Below are positions 29,601 to 36,595 of a DNA stretch of 64,000 nt, piece after piece (position 1 is the first letter of the stretch; each line of letters starts with the position of its first letter). Origin of the DNA: an uncultured Dehalococcoidales bacterium (GTDB taxonomy: Bacteria; Chloroflexota; Dehalococcoidia; Dehalococcoidales; BS750m-G39); contig CAYNGD010000001.1 in the NCBI GenBank assembly GCA_964396965.1, forward strand, positions 67,596 to 131,595, in the 5' to 3' direction. The notes under the pieces were generated by a model. That model saw only the letters and a list, made by a program, of their open reading frames with translations. It was not told the DNA's origin and did not search any database. The translations under genes were made by a program, and so were the position numbers.

Positions 29601-31775
29601 GTCTGCCACCACCGGGGAGTTGATGATCGAAGTGTCAGCGTCCTGGGTGACGTAGAAGCGCTTGGCCCCGGTCCAGTTGCCGTTGCTGGTGTCATCGGAA
29701 GAGGCCTGTTCGGCGCGGTCCATCTGGACCACAATCTTGACGTTATCGGTAGAGCCGACGGTCTCCATCTCATTGAAATCGTCAATACCAGCGCTCTCCA
29801 GGTTGTTATCGGCGTCAAGATAGACCATAAACAGCCAGTCCGCCTCATAGTCGGCGGCGGTGGCAGCTATCGCCGCCTGTACATCAATCAGGCCGTAGCC
29901 GTCAATATCATCGTTGCTATCCGCCGAGCTGGCCGTTGACTGGAGCAGGCTTCTAACATCGGCGGGGTGTCCCTTCAGTTCCGGGTCGGCCTCGAGTAAC
30001 AGCGCCGCCGCCCCGGCGGCAATGGGAGAGGCCATACTGGTACCCTGCATCACGTAGTAGTCCGCCGGGCCGGAGCCGTTCAGGTCCAGGCCGTCGTTGT
30101 CAATAAAATAGGCGCTGGCACCGCCAGGCCAGGGATAGACATCCTGGTCGCGCGCCGAGATTATGGCGCTGCCCGGCGCCACAATATTCGGCTTCTGGGG
30201 TGCGCCGTCATCCACCCTCGGCCCGCGGCTGCTGAAATAGGCCATGGTGCCCACCGTCAGCTCGGGGTTGACAAAGTGATAGCTGGTCCCGTCATAGGCC
30301 GTCCAGTTCTTGCGGCTGGTGTAGGCGCCGACGGCGATGGCATCCTCGGCATCAGCCGGTGAACTAAGGGTGTAGAAGGGGTCGGGGCTGTGAAACTCCA
30401 CCGAAGCCCCGCCGCTGGCAATGCCATCAAAGTAGATGTGGAAGAACTGCTGATTATCCGAGTTGTTGGTCACCTTAAGGTAGTAGGTCGAGCTTCCCGA
30501 AGGCAGGTAGTAGTACCAGCCGGCTTCCGGGCCGTAGCCGGAAAGCTCATGCTCGGTGCCCTTCCAGCTCTCCTCCTGGTCACCCGCCCAGCTATTACCC
30601 AGAGCCGTCTGGGCGGAATCATAATAGGTCAGGGTCAGGTCGTTGCTCTCGGCCAGGCCGTCGAACCAGACCAGGTTGAAGCCCAGACCGGCATTACCGC
30701 CGGTGGAGCCAGTAACATCGACCTGGATAAAGCCGGTGGTGCTGTGAGCGCTGGCCGTGCCCGAGTAGTGCTCGCCAGCATCGGCATCATTACCCGCCGA
30801 GATAAAGACCACCGCCCCCTGGCTGAAGGCGTAGTCCACCGCCTGGGCGGTCTGTCTGGTGCCGTCATGGTAGTCCCCCCAGCCGCCGTAGCTCATGGTG
30901 ATGATATCGGCATCATAGGTATCCACCGCCGCCTTGATGGCGTTGGTCATGGCATCAAGCGAGGCGCTGCCGGTGGTATCGTTGCCAATCTTGAGAAAGA
31001 CAAGGTCGGCACCCGGGGCCATACCTTTATACTCACTGGCGGCCCCGGCGGACTGTGTTCCCCGCCCCAGCGCCGAGCCGGTGACATGGGTGCCGTGGCC
31101 GGTGACGCTGTTGGCGATGGTGTCGTCCAGCACCGGCCAGTTTGAGTAGTCCTTGCTGGCTACCGGCGCCGGGATATCGGGGTGGGAGGTGTCCAGGCCG
31201 GAATCGAGCACGGCTATCCTGACGCCCTCGCCGGTATAGCCCGAGCCCCAGACGTCGTCGGCGTTGATGGCGGCGGCGGCCAGGTCATTCTGGGGCTCCA
31301 GCATCTGCTCGGCGGTATCCAGCCGGGCGATATAGTCTTTAGTCGCTAATTCGCCGAGCCTATCTACCGGCATCTCGGCCACGATAAAGCCGGTGGGGAA
31401 CTCCCCTACCGGCGGTATCCAGGAGTCGGGGTAAGGGGTAACGCCGAGCGCCTCAAGCTCATTTAGCTGCTTGGCCGTCGGCTCCTGTGCCATGTGGATA
31501 AACACCCGCTGCGTCTCCAAGTCTCTAGTTTTCATACCTTTGGCCCGCATCACGCTCATATCAGCGGCAGCCAGCGGAAGCTGCTGGCAGCGCAGCTTGG
31601 CCTCCACCTGCAGAGCCAGCAGTGAGCTCACCTTGGCCTCTGGCTCAGGCTTAGAAAATGAAATCGCCTGAGGTTCATTTGGGGGTGGGGAAAGAGCCTG
31701 AACACCGGGCATAGTACCAAGGGTGAGTGCCAATAAAAGGGAAAAAACACCCAAAATCTTTAAGGGGGTTTTCAT
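26646..31775 (-). CDS. Giant secreted multidomain protease: propeptide, S8 subtilase, C11 clostripain-like domain, beta-sandwich modules, cohesin-like module, dockerin
   Basis: 1709 aa. AAGGAGG RBS and signal peptide MKTPLKILGVFSLLLALTLGTMPGVQA. S8 triad at D191 (AVLDSG), H227 (GHGTH), S580 (GTSMASP). C11 dyad at H760 (LWNHGSGW), C815 (GFDACLM). C-terminal cohesin-like and dockerin segments. Confidence 0.9.
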   Translation of the reverse strand: MKTPLKILGVFSLLLALTLGTMPGVQALSPPPNEPQAISFSKPEPEAKVSSLLALQVEAKLRCQQLPLAAADMSVMRAKGMKTRDLETQRVFIHMAQEPTAKQLNELEALGVTPYPDSWIPPVGEFPTGFIVAEMPVDRLGELATKDYIARLDTAEQMLEPQNDLAAAAINADDVWGSGYTGEGVRIAVLDSGLDTSHPDIPAPVASKDYSNWPVLDDTIANSVTGHGTHVTGSALGRGTQSAGAASEYKGMAPGADLVFLKIGNDTTGSASLDAMTNAIKAAVDTYDADIITMSYGGWGDYHDGTRQTAQAVDYAFSQGAVVFISAGNDADAGEHYSGTASAHSTTGFIQVDVTGSTGGNAGLGFNLVWFDGLAESNDLTLTYYDSAQTALGNSWAGDQEESWKGTEHELSGYGPEAGWYYYLPSGSSTYYLKVTNNSDNQQFFHIYFDGIASGGASVEFHSPDPFYTLSSPADAEDAIAVGAYTSRKNWTAYDGTSYHFVNPELTVGTMAYFSSRGPRVDDGAPQKPNIVAPGSAIISARDQDVYPWPGGASAYFIDNDGLDLNGSGPADYYVMQGTSMASPIAAGAAALLLEADPELKGHPADVRSLLQSTASSADSNDDIDGYGLIDVQAAIAATAADYEADWLFMVYLDADNNLESAGIDDFNEMETVGSTDNVKIVVQMDRAEQASSDDTSNGNWTGAKRFYVTQDADTSIINSPVVADLGEVNMGDPAVLTSFIEWAVTSYPARHYALVLWNHGSGWREREESGNSVKSVCIDDQSGDELTMTELRSALDEANASTGQTLDILGFDACLMQMAEVAYQVMGSADSPMVDITIGSEETEPGDGWDYAATLGALAADPAMTPAELGTQIVNDYMDSYSSSWDITQSAVNLDYMEALSTAVDSFAQAMINAPGDWDAIETARSSAQEYYYYYYIDLYHFAQLVNQDATISQAVRDAAADVMTAVTNAVIAEGHTASMAGSHGISIYYPETSDNYYSDYETDVLFSTDTHWGAFLYDILFTTPGVADITVSPASFEMTLPSDTIEDYTLTIGNDGSGELSYDISDQEAGGDSGPNGTEGNPSALKKEKSSEKSRTLNLVNTDYDMGISVEDLPDYNGIGRYTEATADEMLLLYGYPYPWSSYMTVRLDGSDYYQDFSVMDSYVTQSPTIDGDSIITQWSLPTDVGVSLRLTLQPNTTKYQATITNNDSAGHDVELRFLLDTMLAYNDGAPFIVPGVGDVTTEQEYNNPVFNYWQATDSLSAPTLTSNCTFDANNKPYKVQFAYWPDIYYTPFAYSITSGQSITSDTAVGMYWELGTLSAGQSQNVIFYYGTTGAIIGSPEVSIVTLFTDSDSYLAEQDVTIYVDVGNGGDADLTDGTVTVNVADPEGAAVFEDSSAITVAAGEVSSCNFTYSLPAEAVLGDYTITADVYVSGQTLLDEASASFSVTNPDCSWLSESPTSGTVAAGGSEPITVTVDTTGLSAGTYNAEIIVASNDPDEASVTVPVTLEVSGAQPGVSVSIDAPATAAHDSDFTAAVDITEVTDFDSGNYDVTFDPTVLRLDEVTPGLIGSTTVPVDMYNEISSGTYRVIQNVPGVAGVSGSGYLSVLHFHVVGSEGDSSAITLSNGVLSDNQAGEIEASWAGDSVEISSATPGDANGDGVVNALDITKLERIIGGMDVETSGADANGDGVVNALDITKIELIIAGLG
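26649..26813 (-). other. Dockerin (two Ca-binding repeats)
   Basis: GDANGDGVVNALDITKLERIIGG...ADANGDGVVNALDITKIELIIAGLG. This is a duplicated D-x-N-x-D-G-x-x-N-x-x-D loop plus helix. Confidence 0.8.
26814..27227 (-). other. Cohesin-like module inside the protease
   Basis: 138 aa (VSVSIDAPATAAHDSDFTAAVDITEVTDFDSGNYDVTFDPTVLRL...YLSVLHFHVVGSEGDSSAITLSNGVLSD). It is a paralog of the three modules in 36596-39313. Confidence 0.65.
28895..29843 (-). other. Clostripain-like (peptidase C11) domain of the 1709-aa protein
   Basis: WLFMVYLDADNNLE, then H760 (29496-29498) in WNHGSGW and C815 (29331-29333) in FDACLM. The C-terminal domain boundary is approximate. Confidence 0.7.
29856..31262 (-). other. 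Subtilase (peptidase S8) domain of the 1709-aa protein
   Basis: Catalytic codons are D191 at 31203-31205, H227 at 31095-31097 and S580 at 30036-30038 (checked against the DNA). A large insert of about 250 aa lies between the oxyanion Asn and Ser. Confidence 0.85.
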
Positions 31776-31909
31776 AGCTGCCTCCTTTTAATTTGTGGAC
31801 AGTTGTGCACCAGTATAGCACATTTTTTGCCCACTGTCAACGAAAAGAGGCGCTAATTTATAGTACTTTTGGGTGACTGTTGGGCAACTTAAGGCAACTT
31901 TGGCGCCTT

Positions 31910-32635
31910 TTAGGCCAGCGGCTCTGAAGCTTGCTCGGCAGAGTCCAGCCGGACTATGTAGGCCTTACCCATCAGCTCGTCGAGCTTATCTATGGGCATA
32001 TCAGCCACCAGAAAGCCGGCAGCAGGCCCTCCTGCGGTGGCTATCCAGGAATCGAGGTAAGGGGTAACGCCGAGCGCCTCAAGCTCTTTTAGCTGCCCCG
32101 CCGTAGGCTCCTGGGCCAGGTGGATAAACACCCGCTGCATTGTCAGGTCGGCTGTGTTCATACCCATCGTCTGCATCTGCTCCAGCCTCTCCGGGGTGGG
32201 ATCAGCCAGCTGCTGCCGCCTTAAGTCTATCTGGAGCAGGAGCCGGCTGGTGGCCTTGGTCGCCTCTACCTCTACTTCTTCAGCCACCAGATAGGGCTCA
32301 CCCTCATCAGTCAGCTCAATGCGTCCGGTAACCTTTATCGGACGGCCGATATCATCCATGGGGTTAAGGTCGCCAGCCGCTTTCCCGCTAACGTAGAGCC
32401 AGCCGGTGTCGTCTTCAACCAGCCAGTCGCTGCGCGTTAGCGGCGGACTGCCGTGACCCTCCTTCCAGCCCTGATACACCCCCTCAACGGCGACCGTCTG
32501 CCCCCGGTAATGGCTGGGGTCGGCCCTTATCTCCCCGATGGTGGCCCCGGCGGGAGGGGTTGGCGGGCAGGCGGTCACCAGCAGGACAGCCAGCAGCGCC
32601 AGTATAACCAGTTTGCCATTCAATAATCTGCGCAT
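31910..32635 (-). CDS. Lipoprotein with a C-terminal copy of the protease propeptide (I9-inhibitor-like)
   Basis: 241 aa. Lipobox LLVTAC. The C-terminal ~110 aa (QRVFIHLAQEPTAGQLKELEALGVTPYLDSWI...FLVADMPIDKLDELMGKAYIVRLDSAEQ) aligns with aa 60-165 of the neighbouring protease. Confidence 0.75.
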   Translation of the reverse strand: MRRLLNGKLVILALLAVLLVTACPPTPPAGATIGEIRADPSHYRGQTVAVEGVYQGWKEGHGSPPLTRSDWLVEDDTGWLYVSGKAAGDLNPMDDIGRPIKVTGRIELTDEGEPYLVAEEVEVEATKATSRLLLQIDLRRQQLADPTPERLEQMQTMGMNTADLTMQRVFIHLAQEPTAGQLKELEALGVTPYLDSWIATAGGPAAGFLVADMPIDKLDELMGKAYIVRLDSAEQASEPLA

Positions 32636-32711
32636 CGTTCTCTAATTATAGCAAAACGGGGCCAGCCCTCGGCTGCTTTCAGCCGAGGGCTTAAACCTGC
32701 TATCTACCTAA

Positions 32712-33410
32712 TTAGTATGCCCGGCTTCTGGCCACTATGAAGGCGATAATCAGCCCCAACAGAACCACGCCGCCGATTACCAGCCAGAGGACCGGCACAC
32801 CGCCGACGCCGTTTGAAGGCGCTGGCGGCGGCAGCGGTGCTGAGGCGCCGGTATCCGGTGGTGTTGAGCCACCAGCGTCAGGGGGCGTCGAGCCGCCGGT
32901 ATCCGGTGGTACTGAACTGCCGGTATCCGTGGGTGCCGGGGCAGTTACATCTGGTGGCGTCGAGCCGCCGGTGTCCGGTGGTGTTGTGTTAATTGGTTCC
33001 TCGGGCTCTTCGGGGGTAGCGCTTTCCTCTATGGTTGCCGACAGGTCTAGTTCGGTCACCTCGCCGCTGTGCCACTGGGCGGTCTGCCCGGTAGAGAAAC
33101 CGTTGACATAGAAGGTCACGGTAGCCCCTTCGGCGATGTCCCCCTGGACAATGAGCTTGGGCTCCAGCGGGTCGGCGCCGCCGCCGTACTCACCCTCAAC
33201 GGTAATCTCTATCGGGTTGTTGCCAACCCCGGTGGTAACCCCCTCTCCTCTCGCCTCGACCTCGGTCCCCACCGGCGCCGGGCTGCCGTTTATCTCGACG
33301 GTACCGTAGAAGGCGTGGGGCAGCGCCGGGGCATTATCAGCATAGGCCGGGCTGACCGCCGTCGCCAGCAACACCGCCAGAAGAATAAAGGCAAACATCT
33401 TCGTTTTCAT
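32712..33410 (-). CDS. Secreted, C-terminally anchored protein with a Pro/Thr-rich stalk
   Basis: 232 aa. Signal peptide ...AVSPAYA, an N-terminal domain ALPHAFYGTVEINGSPAPVGTEVEA (also at the N-terminus of 39447-40949), TPPDTGGSTPPD repeats, and a C-terminal TM helix. Confidence 0.8.
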   Translation of the reverse strand: MKTKMFAFILLAVLLATAVSPAYADNAPALPHAFYGTVEINGSPAPVGTEVEARGEGVTTGVGNNPIEITVEGEYGGGADPLEPKLIVQGDIAEGATVTFYVNGFSTGQTAQWHSGEVTELDLSATIEESATPEEPEEPINTTPPDTGGSTPPDVTAPAPTDTGSSVPPDTGGSTPPDAGGSTPPDTGASAPLPPPAPSNGVGGVPVLWLVIGGVVLLGLIIAFIVARSRAY

Positions 33411-33506
33411 TGCTTTCCTCCTTTGGTTATTTTTAACTCCCTTCTAGCTTTATTTACCTCCCCACCCCTACCCACCGCCGGCTCGACCTGCCAGCGGCGG
33501 GTATTT

Positions 33507-36500
33507 TTAGTCCAGTGACGGCTCTACCGGGGTAACGGTAAAACCGACCAGGGTGCAGTCGTTCTGCATATAGATCCAGTAGCCCTCACCCACCAACATG
33601 TCCTCATCGGTGTAGCTCTGGCCGTAGGAATAGGTCCAGTCCTGGCTGTTCATCGAGGGGCTGATAACCTGCGAGTAGCCGGGCAGGTTGGTCGGGGTAT
33701 TGGCCACCGACTGCACGGCATCATCAACGGGCTTGGTCTCCAGGCTGGCCAGGCCTATCAGGTTCCAGCCGGCATAAAGCTGCCGGGTCGGCAGGGAAAT
33801 ATCAACGGCGTTATACTTCAGCAGGACGCTGTCGGCGGCGTTCATCTTGATGTAGATGGCGTCACACGGGGCAAGCTCATAGTCAGCGGTCACCTGCTCC
33901 CAGTAGCTGCCGTCGTCATCGGCGTCAGCGGCGTCGTACCAGTAGGCGATGACTACCTTATCCAAGTCTACCACCTCGCCGACGGTATCGGTTGAGCTGT
34001 CGAGGATTATCGGCGCCGAAAGGGTATTCCAGCCCACGTTTAGACTTACCGCCCGGCAGTAGTAGGCGGCGTTATCGGCGATAACGTCGGCGATGGGCTT
34101 ATAGAGCCACTCGTAATAGGTGACGCGGTCGGTGATATTCTCGCCGGTGCCCTCGGGGTTGGACACGGTAACACTGGCGCCGGTGGCCGCGGTATAGCTC
34201 GGCCCGCTGGCATCTCCCCACCAGTTATACCTACCGTCAACCGTTGACACCGAGGAGGGCACATAAACACCGTAGCCGGTGTTATCATAGATATCGTTGT
34301 AGTTGATAAGATGGCTTGACGAAGTTAGCTCCACATCAACGCCGTCACCGAGGTTACCGGTGATTACGTTCTTCTTGATGGTATAGGCGGTGCCGGAGAC
34401 ATAGATGCCATCACTGTAACCGCCGGTTAGGCTATTGCCGGTTACTGAAACGGTAGCAGTGTAAGTGTCGCCCTGAAGGCCGTAGCTGGTGGCACTGGTG
34501 ATAGTGTTGCCGGTGATGGTTATCGATGAGACGGTATAGGTGCTGCTGTTACCGGCAAGATAGATACCCTTGCCCTTCTGCCCGGTGATGGTGTTACCGC
34601 TGATGGTAATACTGCTTACGGCATAGCTGGCGCTGGCCCGGACATCAACGGCGGCATCGGTGCTGGCCGGGGGGTCACCGCCGCCGTTAGTGAAAGTATT
34701 ACCGCTTATCGTCCCTTCGGTGAAGGCGGCGCTGGTCGAAACCAGCCTGATTCCCTGATTATATATGTAGCTGAAGACGCAATTCTGTATGGTAAAATAG
34801 TCGGCGGAGCTATTGTAGATGCCGTCGGTAAAGACGGTGCCGCTCCTGAGCCGTTCAAAGGTTATGCCGTCAATGGTAACGCCGTAGGTGGCACTGCCGG
34901 TGGCGGTTATCTCTATCGCCTGGGCCAGGGTGGTGGTTGGCCTGAGGGTGACGGCAGCGCCGCTGGCCGACTCCAGGGTAATCGCCTTGGCCACGGTAAG
35001 GGCGGTATCTAGCTCATATATACCGTCGCCCAGCCTGACCGTCTCGCCGGGCAGGGCGTCATTAATGGCATTCTGCACATAATCCCCGCTGTTAGCCGAT
35101 GCCGATTCGACCACCGGGGCGGTGGCGGTGGGAGAATAGCTACCCACCAGCTCATCGCTGGTGTCATACAGCGCCACCGCCGGGGCCACCGTTATCGTCC
35201 AGCTAGCCTGAGTATAGCCGCCGGCGGTGGCGGTAATGGTATGAGTTCCGGCGGTGGTATCCTTGTATAAAAAGGAAAACTGGCCAGCGGTGGTACCGTC
35301 AGGGTCGCCGGTGCCGTCATATAGCGTGGCCGAGCTTATCTGGGAATCGGCGGCGGAGTAAAACCGGCCGGTAGCCGAAGTCGAACTAAGGCTCGCCGTA
35401 AGGTCACTACCCGGCGCCTTGATATTCCTGTACTGGTCCTGAAGCTGTAAGTATATTGTGCTGGAGTACATATTTATCATGGTGGCGTCGTCGGAATAGG
35501 TGCCGTTAACATTGGCAAACCCCAGCTTGGTAGCGTTACCGGAGGTTACGGCGTAGCCGGTAGCGGCGGTGGCGTATTGGGGCTCGGCGCTGGTAAATAT
35601 CTTAACCTTGGCCGCCGAGGCCGACTCGGTGGGGTTGACCAGCCCGAAACCGGCGGTGAAATAGACATAGACGTTGGCATCATCAGCCACCGACTGGGGA
35701 ACGGTCAGGGTCACGGTGCGGCTGGCGGGGTGGCAGGCAGGGTCAACGGTGCAGGGCGTCAGCGAATAGGTCCCGGCGCTGCCGTCGGCATCCACCTGCA
35801 CATAGCTCATGCTGGCCGAGGCGGGCACGGTGGTCCCCGAGGGGAAGATGACGGTTATAGTGCCCGAACCGCCGGTCAGGGCACCACTGGAACCAACGGT
35901 AAACTCAAACTTATAGCCGGCGGCGGTGCCAACGGTGGCCGGATTGGGGTAACCGGTGAGGTGGTCAACACCGCTGACGGCGGTGCTGCCCAGATAGAAG
36001 TACTCGGAGTAGACCGGAACGGTATCCTGGCTGGTCTCCACCTTCACCCGGTAGAAACACAGGTCACCGCTTTCCGTCTTGCTCTGGGCGGCGCTGGTGA
36101 TATCGGCACCGGTCTCAAACTTGATATAGGGTGAGGCGCCGGCGGCAATATCCTCGGGGACGGTCAGCCTCACCCGGTAGGTGCCGACATCGGGGTCGGC
36201 ATAGCAGTCGGTATAGCCAGTGGTGGTGGTCAATGCCCCATCAGGGTCAACCGCCACGTAGTCCTTGTCTATCGAGGCGGGCAGGTCGAAGGCATATTCC
36301 GAGCCCTCCTCCCCAGCCATATCGGTGCTCCCGTTGGGGAAGGATACGGTTATAGTGTCCCGGCCACCGCTCAGGGCGGTGGTGGTGGTGAAATGGATAA
36401 CGTACTCAAGGGCGGTGCCGGTCGAATTAAGTGCGGTGCCGTCCGATAGCTCAACCCAGGCATTGCTGACACTGGATGCTCTGGCCGTCTCCACGGCCAT

Positions 36501-36575
36501 AAAAGGGGAAAGTGCCATGCCCAGAACAATCAGGACAGGCACCAGTATCCTATAAATCGTTTTTACTTTCCCCAT
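33507..36575 (-). CDS. Large secreted right-handed beta-helix protein (putative S-layer or wall protein), paralog 1
   Basis: I trimmed the track ORF to the ATG at 36575 (MGKVKTIYRILVPVLIVLGMALSPFMAVETARA), which removes the overlap with the upstream gene. It has PbH1-type repeats (ISGNTFTNGG, ITISGNTITGQKGKGIYLAG, ITGNTITSATSYG) and is collinear with 41078-44251. Confidence 0.8.
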   Translation of the reverse strand: MGKVKTIYRILVPVLIVLGMALSPFMAVETARASSVSNAWVELSDGTALNSTGTALEYVIHFTTTTALSGGRDTITVSFPNGSTDMAGEEGSEYAFDLPASIDKDYVAVDPDGALTTTTGYTDCYADPDVGTYRVRLTVPEDIAAGASPYIKFETGADITSAAQSKTESGDLCFYRVKVETSQDTVPVYSEYFYLGSTAVSGVDHLTGYPNPATVGTAAGYKFEFTVGSSGALTGGSGTITVIFPSGTTVPASASMSYVQVDADGSAGTYSLTPCTVDPACHPASRTVTLTVPQSVADDANVYVYFTAGFGLVNPTESASAAKVKIFTSAEPQYATAATGYAVTSGNATKLGFANVNGTYSDDATMINMYSSTIYLQLQDQYRNIKAPGSDLTASLSSTSATGRFYSAADSQISSATLYDGTGDPDGTTAGQFSFLYKDTTAGTHTITATAGGYTQASWTITVAPAVALYDTSDELVGSYSPTATAPVVESASANSGDYVQNAINDALPGETVRLGDGIYELDTALTVAKAITLESASGAAVTLRPTTTLAQAIEITATGSATYGVTIDGITFERLRSGTVFTDGIYNSSADYFTIQNCVFSYIYNQGIRLVSTSAAFTEGTISGNTFTNGGGDPPASTDAAVDVRASASYAVSSITISGNTITGQKGKGIYLAGNSSTYTVSSITITGNTITSATSYGLQGDTYTATVSVTGNSLTGGYSDGIYVSGTAYTIKKNVITGNLGDGVDVELTSSSHLINYNDIYDNTGYGVYVPSSVSTVDGRYNWWGDASGPSYTAATGASVTVSNPEGTGENITDRVTYYEWLYKPIADVIADNAAYYCRAVSLNVGWNTLSAPIILDSSTDTVGEVVDLDKVVIAYWYDAADADDDGSYWEQVTADYELAPCDAIYIKMNAADSVLLKYNAVDISLPTRQLYAGWNLIGLASLETKPVDDAVQSVANTPTNLPGYSQVISPSMNSQDWTYSYGQSYTDEDMLVGEGYWIYMQNDCTLVGFTVTPVEPSLD

Positions 36576-36595
36576 ATCGTTAGTAAGCCTCAACT

